Of a stretch of 64,000 bases of DNA, positions 23,342 to 37,230 are shown one piece after another. A program made the position numbers and the translations under genes. The DNA is from Octopus bimaculoides (Eukaryota). Each line of letters begins with the position of its first letter. Position 1 is the first letter of the stretch. The notes beneath the pieces are model-generated. The model was not told the origin of the DNA, searched no databases, and worked only from the letters and a program-made list of their open reading frames with translations. Location: contig NC_068999.1 of NCBI RefSeq assembly GCF_001194135.2, positions 30,387,548 to 30,451,547 on the forward strand. Direction: 5' to 3'.

Positions 23342-26300
23342 ATCCTCATTCATCATCCATCATTTTGAATCTGGGTTTTGCCCCATTAATGGGGGTGGCC
23401 GGATCTACCTTAATGCCATAGCAACTGCCCTCACACTATCTCACCATCTTGCCCAGGTTTGGGCATCCTCCCTTCTCAAGCCAACCCTCCCAATCTCCTC
23501 CACCTGTCCCCTTCACATTTTCCTTGGTCTACCTTGCTTTCACTGTCTATTTACCTCAAACTCTAGCACCCTCTTCAGAACATGCTCCTCATCCCTCCTC
23601 AACACATGTCCATACCACTGCACTCCATTCGTCCTTGCCAACCGTTCCACTGATTCCTCCAACCCCAGCATCCCCATCAAGTCCTCAGTCCTTCTCTTAT
23701 CAAACACACACCAGACACTTCTCTCACCATTGCTCTCTCAGTCCTCAAAATTGCCAACTCTCTTTCCCTCAAACACCATGTCTCACTCCCATACAACTCC
23801 TTTCCTTTCATCTGCAATGAGAACCTTTTCCCATATAATAATGCTCCACATTCCCTGAACTTCACCCAGCCAAGTCTTACTCTTGTTGTCACAGCTGCTT
23901 CACACTCACCACTTACATCTACCCTATCTCCCGAATAACAAACCTCTCTTACTGTCCCCACCTCATCACATAGTGTTTCCTCTGACTTCGCCAGCCCTCC
24001 AGCTCCTTTCTCACATCTTCCATAAACCAAACTCTCTTGCCAGTCTTGGAGTCACCTTCATTTTCGGACATCTACCATGAATCCATTTCTCACATCTCGT
24101 ACACAACATGGCATGTCATTACCCTCCACCCCACTCACCATCACCTTTGTGTTCCTGAGGTTTACCTTCAAATGCCTCCTTCCATTTCCAAAACTTCTCC
24201 CTCAATCCCTCCAGCGTCTCACTCATCAGAACAAGGTCATCTGCATACAGTATCTCCATTAGCAGTCCCTGTCTTACCACTTCAACCACCATTGCAAACA
24301 ACAATGGTGACAACATAGATCCCTGGTGCACACCAACTTTCACTGCAAACTCATTTGACAGCTCTGATCCAATTCTCACTCTTGTCTTTACCCCCTCATA
24401 CATCACTGCTCCCACTATTACCTCTAGTACACCTCTTTTCCTTAATGCCCACTCAATCACCTTCCTTGGAACCCTATCAAATGCCTTCTCCAGATCAACG
24501 AAGCACATGTACAACTCCTTCCCTTTATCTCGGTATTCCTCCTGCAATCTCCTTACTATGAACACTGCATCTATTTGTCCTCCTTCTTGGCATAAAACCA
24601 AATTGCATCTCATCCACATCCACCCCTTTCGAAATCCTCCTCTCCCACACCCTTTCTACTACATTGCATGCTCCAATAACTTCACTCTTCTATATGCCCC
24701 ACAGCTCATTGCATCCCCTTCCGCTTGAAGATCAGTACCACCACACTAAGTGCCCAATCATCCGGCATTCCTCTTCCATCCAGCACGCCCTGGCAGAACT
24801 CAATCATCACAGCAATCCCTATCTCTCCACTTGCAGTTATTATTTCCACACTTACTTCTGATGGACCAGCTGCCTTTCCTGTTTTCATTTCCTTCATTGT
24901 CTCCACTACTTCTTCCTGACTAAACCTCTCCACTGGCCTCTTCGCCACAGCAACTTCCACCCTCTGATCCCATTCATAATTCCCTCCATATGCTCCTTCC
25001 AAACTCTTCCCCTGTTCTTCTTACTAAAATTCAACCATCCTTCACTCCCCCTCATGCATCTTCCTCCCTCAACATCTCTTCCATCATTTTTCATTGATTT
25101 AATAAACCTAAACACTCTATCTGGGTTCTCATCTAGCCTGCTCAACCTTTCCTCACCCTCCTTCCTCATAGATCTCGTAACCACCTGCTTTGCACGATTC
25201 TTCATGTTGTTATACCTGCCTTTCATTTGCTCAGTCCTATTATTACATAAAGCTTTGTGCACTTTCTTCCTCTCTATCGCATCCTTCACCTCCTCATTCC
25301 ACCACCACGTATCTCCTCAATCTCTCTTACTCTTCGTCTTTCCACACACTTCATCACATGCCTTTAGTACCCCTTCTTTGAAAGACTTGCACAAATCCGG
25401 TGCATCAATGCTTACCAACTCCCCAACTCTCTCCTCAAACCTTGCTCTTGTTTCTTCTTCCTTCAGTTTCCACACCTTTCTCCTCTCAACTGTTCCCTTT
25501 TCACGTGCTTTTTAACTTTCCTCTTATCCAAGTCAGCAACCACCAGCCTGTGCTGCAACTCCCCTGGTATTGCCTTCACATCTCTCAGATATTTTCTGTT
25601 TTCCCTGCCAACCAACATGAAATCAATCTCTGTCTCATTCCCTCCTGCATTGAAAGTCACCTTCCTTTTCTCTGTTTTCCTAAACCGCATATTCACCACA
25701 TACAATTCTTTCTCATCACAAAACTCCAGCAGCATCCTTCCTTCCAAATTTCTCTTCCCAATACCATTTCCCCCATGCACACCCTCAAATCTCTGGATCC
25801 TTTTCCCAACATGTCCATTAAAATCACTGATGCCCAAAACCAATTCATCTACCTGTTGTAAGTCCCACTCATTCACCATTTCATTGAAGAACTGCTCTTT
25901 CTCAGCGATCCCTCTTCCACTTTGCAGACCATACCCACAAATTACCCTCACCACTTCTTCCTCAAATGCTAACACTACTGTCATCACTCTGTCACTCTTT
26001 CTCCTGACCTCCACCACCATCTCACAGATATCTTCCTTCACCAAACTCCCACACCTCCAGTTTTCCTGCTATTTCCCGACCACCACAACTTGTACTTTCT
26101 TCCCTTGACCCGCACAAATCTTGCACCTTGGCCCCTCCACCTAACCTCCTGCACACAGCACACATCCACCCTCCTCTTCCTCAATTCCTCATACACCTCA
26201 GTTCCTCTTTCACACAGACTGCTCACATTCCAACTTCTCAAGCTTCTCCTCAGGCCGTTGGCCATCATAAGGCAAGTTGTGCTTGCACAACCCAGGATAG

Positions 26301-26560
26301 GGTTTGCACCTTCCTTTTTCAGGTAGGTAGGTGCAGCCCACCCCAACCTTTGGGCTGGCTGGTGCCCATCCTCTTTTGCTATTATTCAGTTTTTTCATAG
26401 CTGGATTTTCTACGTGGAGCATACCCTTGCTTACCCCCATCCTGAGTTTCTAGACATGAGTGGTCCCGAGACCAAAGCTTCTACCACAACTTTTAGTATA
26501 TGTGGTGGAAAACTGGCTCAGGAAGGCAGGGACGCTACTCCCTGAGACCCATTTCAGAGC
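23342..26560 (-). mobile_element. Near-full-length decayed RTE-clade LINE (APE endonuclease plus RT)
   Basis: SWNVSSL, CCVQEVRWRGQG, DFNGHVG, TEIDFMLV, TPWWN-like region, FVDLEKAFDRVPR, GVHQGSMLSPLLF, ILYADDLVL; (GATGA)n tail near 23342-23365. Confidence 0.93.
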
Positions 26561-26949
26561 CCCACTACTCATTGAAATGTCTATATGTCTACAAATTCAA
26601 GACTAATAGTTTCAAAATATTTGGTGGTTGATTCATTATACTGTATGGCCTAGTCAATAGGGGTGTTACACTCACAATTGCAAAATCATTATTTTGATTC
26701 CCAGACTGGATTGTGCATTATATTCTTGGGGAAAACATTTCATTTCACATGGATCCAGTTCATGTGTGTATATATTCTTTTATCATTTTCAGCCAGAGGG
26801 TGCAGGTATGCTAGGGCACTGCCATTAGCATAAATACTTGTTTATTTTAGGCTCGTTTCCTAGCTCTTGTCTCCAATATTGGTCCTGGTGAAGTAGTGAG
26901 TTGGACTTCTTGCCACAATGTGGTTTCAACTTAGGTCAAAATTTATCTA

Positions 26950-28130
26950 AATGTTCTTTGAATACATTCACATCTATTCCTCTAGACATCTAGGGTCTTT
27001 TGGCAAGGTATTGAAAAGTTGTGGGTCTTTGAATCCTCAGTGGTTACAGTATTGGGTCCTTACTCAGGACAGAGGAGTGTCTAGTTTGCTAATTGGTATA
27101 GCTTTTATTCCTAAAGTTGGATACTCGACTTTCCTGGATCTTCCATATAAATATTACTGCATATCTTTCATGTCTTCTCTCCAGGGAGAAGAGTCTCAGC
27201 TCTTTTAACCTCTGTTGCACCAAGGTTATCTTTTTGGCATAGTGGCATTTGATTGCCTCAAGCTCTGCTATTAGTTTGATACTCTGTGGCGACCATAATT
27301 GGGAGCAGTAATCCAGGTGACTGAGAATAAATGTTCTTCATAGGAACAACTTTCTGCTTTTCTGTGTTCTGGATTATCTCAGGATTCAACCATTTAGTTG
27401 CCTGCACATTGTTGCCAACTTAGTAATACATTAACTCTGACTCAAGGATTGAAATACCCACTTAATCTGTTTTTGGATCAATAGCTGAGTGTTTGAATTT
27501 TTCCATCATTGTATTGCGTACTGTTTTCAGCCCACTTGTGTATTGCATTCAGGTCTTTTTATATTTTTGAGTTATCATCAGTGTTCTTGATTGCCTGTGA
27601 TACTTTTGTATCATCAATATAGCTGGTGAGAGTGGCTGATTGAGGGTATGTCTGAAAGAGCTATCACAAACAATAGTGGTCATAGTACACTTTCCTGAGG
27701 GATTCCACTTAAAATTGGTGTCTCCTCACTGAGAGCACCATTGGCTGTGTCTGACTCTTTCTCTTTAGAAAGTCATGTAGCCAGTCCTCTAGTTTTCCAA
27801 CAATAACTAGATCACACAGTTTGTGACATACCCCATGACTAACTTTGTCAAAATATAGCACATCCATGTTTGAACAGTTAAGCTGATGTTTCAATATGTA
27901 GTCATAATGCTGCAGCAGTTGTGTAATGCAGCTCCATCTTGGACAGAAAACATGCTGTATTAATGAGCAAACCATTTTCCTTCTGACAATGCTACCTGTA
28001 CTGTCAAGGACTTGCATTGCCACATCAAAGGAGTCCTATATAGGTCTATTTGATTGACCCAGGCTGACTCCTTGTTGCATAGCTTGTCTAATTATACCTG
28101 TTCCTGTTGTTAATGTTGGTATAGGTTTAA
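26950..28130 (-). mobile_element. CR1-like LINE RT relic
   Basis: SCITQLLQHYDYIL, FDKVSHG, CHKL, SGIPQESVL*PLLF, YIDDTKV. Confidence 0.75.
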
Positions 28131-28135
28131 GAAAG

Positions 28136-29797
28136 TTGAGTGCCTTAATCCTTAATGACTGGTGTAGAAGCATCATAGTTAGCTGCTACAAGGGCAAGGG
28201 AGATGCCTTAAATGAAAGTAATTATAGAGGCATCAAATTGCTGGAACAGGTGATGAAGGTTGTAGAGAGAGCTATAACCCAATTAATTAGGAATAGAATT
28301 AAACTTGAAATGCAATTGAGCTTTGTCCTGTAAAGAAGCACTACTGATGCTATTTTTATTTATTTAGCTAAAAACAAACCATTGTACCTGACATTTGTTG
28401 ATCTAGAGAAAGCCTTTGACAGAGTACCCCCGCTCTGTGATATGGTGGTCCCTGAGGAAGTTGAGGAAAGACAAATGATTTCTGAAAGCAGTACAGGCCA
28501 TGTACAATGGTACTGTTAGCAAGGTAAAAGTTGGCCATCAGTGTACCCGTGTACAGTGATGAATTTAGTGTACAGGTAGGTGTCCCCTAAGGGTTGGTCC
28601 TCAGCCCCCTCCTACTCATCATTATCCTCCAGGCCATAACAAAGGAATTTAAGACTGGAAGCCCATGGGAACTCCTATATGCTGATGATCTTGCCCTCAG
28701 CAGAATCTGTACCAGAATTAGAAAAGAAATTCCAGGTGTGGAAACAGAACCTGGAATTTAAGGGACTTAAAAAGCAAACTTTGCAAAGACCGAGGACCAA
28801 GTAATTGGACAGGACCCTTCACTCATCAGTCCCTGCTTGATATGCAGGAAGCGGGTAGACAGAAATTCCATTCAGTGTACCTAGTTCAAACTATGCTCAC
28901 ACAAGTGGAATAGTTGGAAGATTAACAGAGAAAGTAGTGTTTCTGTGTGGAAGATGTACGGGAGCCATAAAAACCACATTTTATGATTTCCTTAAATGTC
29001 CTGGTGACTCTCTGAAAGATGTAGATAATTTTTGCTACCCAGGTGACCTAATTAGCAGTAAAGGAGGCTGTATAGAAAGTGTAATTACTAGAAGAAGAGT
29101 AAGATGGAGAAAGTTCAGAGATCTTTTACTCTGTTGGCAACCAAAAGGGAAGATTGTATGATGCATGTGTATGAACTTGATGTTGCATGGTAGTGAGACA
29201 CAGACCTTGAATGCAGAAGACATGCAAAAGCAGGAGAGGAACGAAGCTGGTATGTTCTGCTGGCTGTGCAATGTCAGTGTGCATGTACAACAGAGCATTG
29301 ATGTACTGAGGGAGAAGTTGGGCATCAGAGGAATTATACGCAGTGTGCAAGGGAGGCAACTGCACTAGTTTGGTCATGATGCAGATGGATGAGGACAGTT
29401 GCATTAAGAAGTGGAGGGAAGTTGTGGAAGAGGGAAACCCAGGAAGACAGGGGATAAAGTTTTGAAGGCTGATCTCAAAACATTGAACCTTATGGGGATA
29501 ACTGAGGACTGAGACATGTGGCACATTGCTGTCCTTGAGAATACCTGCTCACCACAATAGAACTGAGATCCTAAAACCAAAGTGTCACATAAAAAGTGTT
29601 AGTGTGGGTGCTGGTGCTACTTAAAGGCACCTGTGATGGTGCCACATAAGAAGCACCCAGTATGCTCTGTGGAGTGGTTGGTATTAGGAAGGGCATCCAA
29701 AACAGACTATGTAACCTGGTGTGGAACCTGGCCTAATCAGTTCCTGTCAAGCCATCCAGCCTATGCCAGCATGGAAAATGGACATTGAATGATGAGC
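28136..29797 (+). mobile_element. 5'-truncated RTE-clade LINE with its 3' UTR
   Basis: CYKGKGDAL, NYRGIKLLEQVMKV, FVDLEKAFDRVP, ELLYADDL, MLHGSET; ends in the family A tail. Confidence 0.88.
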
Positions 29798-30600
29798 AAA
29801 AATCCACAGAATCAAATTGAGTGAAACTTGCTCTCGCTCCACTACAGTTGCTATGAAACTTAGATGACTTTTTGGTGTTCCACCTTAGGGAGTGGTGGGA
29901 GGTTCTCCTTATATCATCATTAATCTTTCTTAGCAGATAACTGCTCACTAATCCAAACTTTGACTTATTAGGGTTAATCAAACAACGTTTAGGGTTGGAG
30001 GTGAAGCTCATTTTATGATCCGTAAGGCATTTCTCTTAGCTAAAGTCTGTATCCTATTGTTAGTTCCAAAATTAAAATCTTGCCTAATTGTTGATGCTAT
30101 CATAGGTCTGAAGCGGCAACCCCCCCTGAAGTTCTTTGAAATACTGATTGTTAGTGGTCATTCATACATTTCTTTTTGTATTCTCAGAGAAGAATAAAGA
30201 CCTGTCTGAAATTTCTATCTCCATGTATCTGAAATAAGCTTATGTTGCATGGAAGTTGAGTTATGTAATATTAGATTTGATGTCAGGTCTAAAATGTGTT
30301 TGAAAGTTGAGTCAAACAAACAGACCCAGAGAACTGCTTTGATGTGGCAATGGGAGCTTTTGACAACTTAGAAATCTGTGATCTTATAGGCCTGCTTATT
30401 CTAGACACATTAGATGGGGAATTCCCTTCAAACATTCAGTGTATATAGAGGTGACATCTTGAACATACGCATAAAGGTGGAAACAACCATTCCATGGATA
30501 GGCTCAGGAAAGACTTGATTACGAAAGAAACAAATTTGATGGTAGTAAGTTTTTTAGATATGACTAGTAAAAGACTGGTGAATGTTGGAAACGGAGATGT
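29798..30600. mobile_element. Penelope-like RT fragment with an internal inversion
   Basis: Minus strand 30185-29798 reads NPKRCLINPNKS...FTQFDSVDF; plus strand from about 30185 reads FDVAMGAFDNLEICDLIG...VYRGD...VSFLDMT. Confidence 0.7.
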
Positions 30601-32394
30601 AAGAGCTAGGGAAAGAGTAAATGTTGTGGAGGAGTAAAAAGAATGTGAAAAGGAGATAAGAAAAAGTAATAAGGTATGAAAGATATTAAGATAGGATGGA
30701 GTGCTAAATTACAACCACTCTGCCTACTACTTGCATGCACATACAAGGTTTGTATTTGCATACAAACCTTCATTACCCATGGAAAGTGGTATATTTTCAT
30801 TCCTGATAAGTTCTGACTCCTTGCTAGATTCCAACAAATTTTACCAATCAATACTGTGTCTCAAACACTTCCCTGTTCTCTCCTCTAGTTCTCTCTGTGT
30901 CTTGTTATTAGTTATTATTTAAAATTATTTTATTTGTTTCCCTTTCTTACCATTTCTTCATTCTCTCAGCAACAATATTTTCCATTTCTCATTTTATTTG
31001 CTCTTTTAATTTCATCTTCTTATGTTTTTCTTTATATCATTTCACTCATGTGTCATTTTCTTCCTCATCATTGTCTAATTCCTAGTTTCCATCTTTTCAT
31101 TGCCATCACTTGTCTTTCATCCCACTTCTTTCTCTACTACAAATGTATTTGCTGCTGAAAATTTTGCTTTTGTTGCATTTGTATAAAATGAATTGTTTTA
31201 TGTATTATCTACTTCAGTCTCAGTTTTCATTATCTAATTCACATTACTTTTCTTAAGTTTTCACATCTTTTACTAAAAGTCTGTTTGTGAGGGTTTTTAA
31301 CCTCTTAGCATGGAACAAATTGTTTTCCCTGTGTATTTGCCTCTCTTCAGTACACACAACTTACATTGAATGTCCTTGTGCACTACAGTTCTGATAGTCC
31401 TCTCTGAAAACTGAAGTTCTTTGGTGATGGTCATCATTGATTTTCCAGGACTGTCATCGATGATATTTTGAATCTATTGGATCAATTGCAATGGCCTTAT
31501 GGGCTGTTTAAAATATTCTTTTCTCTGTGATTCAATTCCTGCCAGTCTTCTGTTTCCATCTGAAGTTTGTACAAAAGATCTTGGCAATTTCTAAATCAGT
31601 GAGTTCTGCACAAATGGCACCAATGACTGAATATGTTTTCATTTCTTGTGAGTGTTTTATCTATGATAGAAGTTCTGAATGAAGCAATAACCTTTTAATT
31701 GGTTTGAAGGGAGTAATATACTGGTAATTAAATGTCCTTAAATACCGCTTGCATGCTGTAAGGATGAAATTTTCTTCTCTTGTCTTCAGTATGCTTTAAC
31801 AGATTTGATGACCTAGTAGTAAAGATTGGCATTCACTGCCATCAGAATTGTCTTCATCACATCTTATATGTCCAAACTTCTTTTCATTTCTTTAATCACT
31901 CTTTAGCCCTACATGCCTCCTTTCTCCCTCTCGTTAATTTACCTATCTCTCCCAGTCACTTTCTTCTACCTCAACCATATACATATTCATACAATTAATA
32001 TTTCCTACCTTCATTTCTCTGTTTCTCTTTTTCCTTGTCATCTCCTCATTCTATCTCATTCATTAATTCAGACATGCAAATTTTACATTGTGCAGTTATT
32101 TTTGCATTAGACATTCCCTGCCAATACTCTAGAAGAACTTGCCCAAGCATGTTATATAGTCCTCAATCTCTACATTCTGTTTTTTTTTCCATTATCCAAA
32201 GACTTTTTTTGTTTTCTGACTGGGTGTTTCCATTTTCATCTGTGTAAAAGAGCCCAGGCTATATCTGGTCAGTCATGACTGACTTTTAAAACAGTTATTT
32301 TCTATTTACAAAAGGCTAACTTTATATGGAGTTGTCTGGTTATGTTTTGACCATATATGGTACACTTAATATTATAATATTGTATTAATTAATC

Positions 32395-33305
32395 ATCATC
32401 ATCATTGTTTAACGTCCGCTTTCCATGCTAGCATGGGTTGGACGATTTGACTGAGGACTGGTGAAACCGGATGGCAACACCAGGCTCCAGTCTGATTTGG
32501 CAGAGTTTCTACAGCTGGATGCCCTTCCTAACGCCAACCACTCAGAGAGTGTAGTGGGTGCTTTTACGTGTCACCCGCACGAAAACGGCCACGCTCGAAA
32601 TGGTGTCTTTTATGTGCCACCCGCACAAGCCAGTCCAGGGGCACTGGCAACGATCTCGCTCGAAAATCCTACAGGAGCCAGTCAGGCGGTACTGGCAACG
32701 GCCACGCTCAAAATGGTGCATCTCATGTGCCACCCGCACNNNNNNNNNNNNNNNNNNNNNNNNNNNNNNNNNNNNNNNNNNNNNNNNNNNNNNNNNNNNN
32801 NNNNNNNNNNNNNNNNNNNNNNNNNNNNNNNNNNNNNNNNNNNNNNNNNNNNNNNNNNNNNNNNNNNNNNNNNNNNNNNNNNNNNNNNNNNNNNNNNNNN
32901 NNNNNNNNNNNNNNNNNNNNNNNNNNNNNNNNNNNNNNNNNNNNNNNNNNNNNGGGTATTCACATTGACATTACACATCCAACGGAGCATACTGGCTTCA
33001 TTCCTTGCGAGCTTACGTATGTCCTCAGCAGTTACAGCCCATGTTTCACTGCCATGTAGCATGGTTGTTCGTACGCATGCGTCATACAGTCTGCCTTTTA
33101 CTCTGAGTGAGAGTCCCTTTGTCGCCAGCAGGGGTAAGAGCTCTCTAAACTTTGCCCAGGCTATTCTTATTCTAGCAGCTACACTTTCAGCGCACCCACC
33201 CCCACTACTAACTTGGTCGCCCAGATAGCGGAAGCTATCGACTACCTCTAGTTTTTCACCCTGGAATGAGATAGAAGTTGTTTCCTGTTTGTTTGCAGTC
33301 TTTAT
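32395..33305 (-). mobile_element. Young 5'-truncated RTE LINE copy (RT C-terminus, gap, 3' UTR, (GAT)n tail)
   Basis: CpG-rich uninterrupted frame EKLEVVDSFRYLGD...RIRIAWAKFRELLPLL...MLHGSETWA; spans the gap at 32740-32953. Confidence 0.88.
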
Positions 33306-33419
33306 TGCCTGATACTATATTACCTTATATTGAGTTTGCTCTTTTTCTCACTTATGAACCATCCCTGGACAAACACACACACACACATGGATCTAGCTGT
33401 ATGGTTAAGACATTTACTT

Positions 33420-34650
33420 TGATGGTTTTAGGTTTAATCCCACTGTGCAGCACATTGGATATGTATATTCTTCGGTCTCAAATTTTGACCAAACTTCAAA
33501 TTCCAACTTGGATACTAAATTCATCCTTGTACTTATCACTAAGTAAATCTTTGTACTTATTGCACACATGACTTCAATGGCTCTTAATAGACATTCATCT
33601 ACTCCTAACTTCTGCAAACAACTGTGAGGTCAGTGAATGCCAAGTACAGTGGTTTTTTTTTTTTTGGCTAAATACTTTTCCTGCAGATGTCCTGCTAGAA
33701 GGAGATCATCAGTAGTTCTTTCCAGCATAAAACCAAATTGCATCTCCTTTATGTTAACTTTCTTCATAATTGAGCTATAACTCTTTCAGTAACTTTCATG
33801 GTTTGGTACAGTAATTTGATACCTCCATAAAGACTTCTCTCTAAGGTATGTACCTCCATACTACATGAGTCATTCTGTACAACTTGATTAACTATATGGA
33901 TGACTTGCCAGGTATTTTAAGCATCTCAGACGAAGAGCTGTCTTTGTTTTCATACCCTTAATTGCTTTGTCTATCATACCGCTGTCAACAAGAATGGGTG
34001 GTCCCTCTGTCAGGCTGTCATTAGAAAGACTTTTTCTCTCGTTCTTCATATTTGGCAGGCTTTCATAATAGCACTCTCATACCTCTTTCTTTCAAAACCA
34101 TTACGTGCAAGTATGCCATTATCCTTCCAACACATTTTTCGCCTGCATCTTTATTCTCTCTGATTCACTTCCTCTGGTTGTAACACTGTAGAACATTGGC
34201 AAATCTCTTCCTTTCTGCTTCTCCTCTTACTAAATAGACATGTCTCCTATATTTTCTTCTAGCTACCTTGAATAGTTCTCTGCTGTCTCTCTTCAGGGTT
34301 GATCTCAATTACTATGAAGCAATTGTTCTACATTGTCAGAAAGGAGATATAACTCTAATGAATTAATAAATCTATCTATCGATCAATCAATTCTTTTGTT
34401 ACACCATATGTTTCAAGCCTGCCCTCAATGCACTTCCCTGTTCCACATCACCTTTGATCTGGCTTAAACTTTACACCAACCACAGATTTCATCTGTAGCC
34501 TTCAGTAAGTTGTTCTGGGAAAACATCCAGTTGTCTTCTATGTTATATGTCTCTGTCACCTCCCGCTTCTTGCCAATTGCTTCAAAGGAAGTTTCCATCA
34601 CTGACCCCTGAGTTATTTCACTTGGCTCATTTTTGTTTCATTTATGTAAA
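33420..34650 (-). mobile_element. Older RTE-clade LINE fragment
   Basis: KLGVDECLLRAIEV, GIKLLYQTMKVTERVIAQL, MIDKAIKGMKT. Confidence 0.7.
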
Positions 34651-35681
34651 TTACCTAGGCCATAAATGTGTTCTACTCTTTTTTGCATATATTTAAGTGT
34701 CATTTCTGTCAGAGATAAGGTAACTACATTAAGGCAGAAACATTCTTTCACAGTTGGGGAGATGATGAGTTTTGGAAAACTCTTGATTCTTGAAATTATC
34801 TCCCCTCCTCATTCAGGGTTGATCTCAATTACTATGAAGCGATTGTTCTACGTTGTCAGGGAAGGGATATAACTCCTATGAATAAATAAATCTATCTTTC
34901 GATCGATCAATTTTTTTGTTATACCATATGTTTCAAAATGGTTAGCTTTAAACCTGAAAATCTACCATTAAATACTGAAGAGAGGAATGTCTTCCAGCTG
35001 GGTGTATTAAAGCACCTCGAGGAAAAAAGTAAAGTAAAATTCACAAATTTAGGTCGAAGGGAGATAATTGACAGAGCTGTTGAAGTGTAGTTACTTTATT
35101 TCTCTTTATTCCTTTTTCATTTTGGACTATGAAACAATATCTTGTCTCTTGTCCAATTTATTCATTCGAATTTTTTAGGAAGATAAAAGTGCCAGACAAT
35201 ATGCACATATCCAAATCTTCTTTACTGTTGCACTCACTGCTATACATCCACATTAATTACATTAAAAATATTAAATATATATAAAAATATCATGTTCATC
35301 ATATATAGCCATTTGGATATCCTTACAAATATTTACATTTCTTGGACACAGTTACCCCAAATATATTTTAGGTATAATATTTCAGTGCAGTATTTAGTAC
35401 AATTTAGTACAGTTATGATGCGGTTTTTCAGATGTGCATATTATCTTGCACTACTTCACCACACCTACCCTTTACCAGTTTACCTTCCCTACAAGATGTA
35501 ACTAATCACTCACTTTTTACTTTTATTTCTCAATACTAGCCCTTTTCTTTTGTACTGTACATCATCATATCTTGGTCCATGCTTATATCCTACTCCTAAT
35601 GCTTTAATTAGAGTTTAACTAATTCATTTCACAATGGAATTAACCCCTTTAACAAATTAATCAGCTATTTCCTTTGGACTA

Positions 35682-35686
<5 letters not shown>

Positions 35687-35735
<49 letters not shown>
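35687..35735. repeat. (CT)n microsatellite at the 3' end of an RTE
   Basis: Perfect CT run. Confidence 0.95.
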
Positions 35736-35740
<5 letters not shown>

Positions 35741-37230
35741 TCATGGCATATTCATGCCTTTGATGAATCGTGGCTTGTTCCTCCTCCATTTATTTCTGTC
35801 TCTCACAACATCACCCAGGTCTTTCTCGCTCTGCACGTTCTGTCTCTTCTTCATCCAGTCAAACATCTTCATTCTCTGCCTTCCTCTCACTCTCCCTCCC
35901 ACCAGCTCAGTCTCCACCATGTAATGCTCCATTCTGTCGTCCTCTCTGAGAAAACGACCAACAAATCTCCACTGTCTCTCTCTCTGATAGTATCCATCAA
36001 CTGTCTCTTCACTTTCATCCTCTTCAACACTTCCACATTCGTCATCCTCTGTACCCATGAGATTCTAAGCATTTTCTATAAAACCACATTTCTGCAGTTT
36101 TGAGTCTCTTCTCCATGACTTTGCTTATCGTCCAAGACTCACATCCATACACTAGCACTGACAAGTACTTCAATAGTCTTTTCTTGACTTCCATTCCAAT
36201 TCTCTTTGCACAAAAAATGCTCCTTATATCCATAAAAGTCTTCTTTGCTAATCCAGTTCTGCACTTGATGTCCTTATCTGACCTTCCATCTGATGTTATC
36301 CAGCTTCCCAGATATATGAAACTGTCCTTCTGCTCTATCCCAGTTCCATTCACCGTCAAGCGACATGCGAGTACCGGTGCTTTCTTGGTACAGACTATTG
36401 AGAAGGTTTTCTGGCAGTTAATTGTTAATCCAAGCTTTCCACTCTCCTCAGTCATAATATTAATCAATCCTTGAAGCTTCTCCTCTGTGTCTGCAAACAA
36501 AGCCATATTGTCTGCGCACCTCAAATTGTTATAATTCTTTTCCCCCAGTTGTAGCCCTGAAATTGTCTTGATCTTGTGTAGAGCTTTCTCACTATACAAG
36601 TTGAATAAATCAGGTGACAAAATACAACTCTGCCAGACACCTTTCTGAATGTCAATCCAGTCGCCCAATTCTCCATCCACTCTGATGGCTGCTTTCTGGT
36701 CCCAGTACAAATTTCGAATCATTCTTAAATCTTTCCCATCAATCTCGAGCTCTTCCAACATTCTCACCAACTCTTCGTGCTTGACACAGTCAAATGCCTT
36801 CATATAGTCAATAAAACAGATGTACAAGTTTTTTTGTTTCTCTATACACTTTTCCACCAACGTTCTCAAGCAGCATTTTTTGCCTCCTTTCCTGTTCGAT
36901 AACTGAACTATTCATCTGATGGGTTTCCCCTAATATACCTTTCACTCGATTCAATTCCACTCTCAAAATAATCTTTGTCACATGACTCATTCTATGATTT
37001 TTGCACTCAATTGTTCCAGACATTTTAGGCAAGGCAAAGATTGATTCCAGCATTTCTTCTGGAACCATGCCTGGGTTGTAAACATGGTTCGCTATCTCTG
37101 TTCATTTTTCTACTCCAAAACTCCCCAAAGCATTTACTAGTTCAAATGCAATGTAGTCATTTCCTGTCACTTTTCCACTTTTCATCTTGTCCATAGCTTG
37201 CTTGATTTCAGCTGCTGTAATCACTAAACT
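35736..37230 (-). mobile_element. RTE-clade LINE of a second subfamily, 5'-truncated
   Basis: ORF 36042-36869: FIDYMKAFDCVKH, CILSPDLFNLYSE, NNLRCADNMAL, YGCESWT. Confidence 0.9.

Noticed and set aside
32448-32475. CUGAGGA...GAAAC in the RTE tail as a hammerhead
   Set aside because: No stem II can form between the motifs, and it lies antisense to the element.
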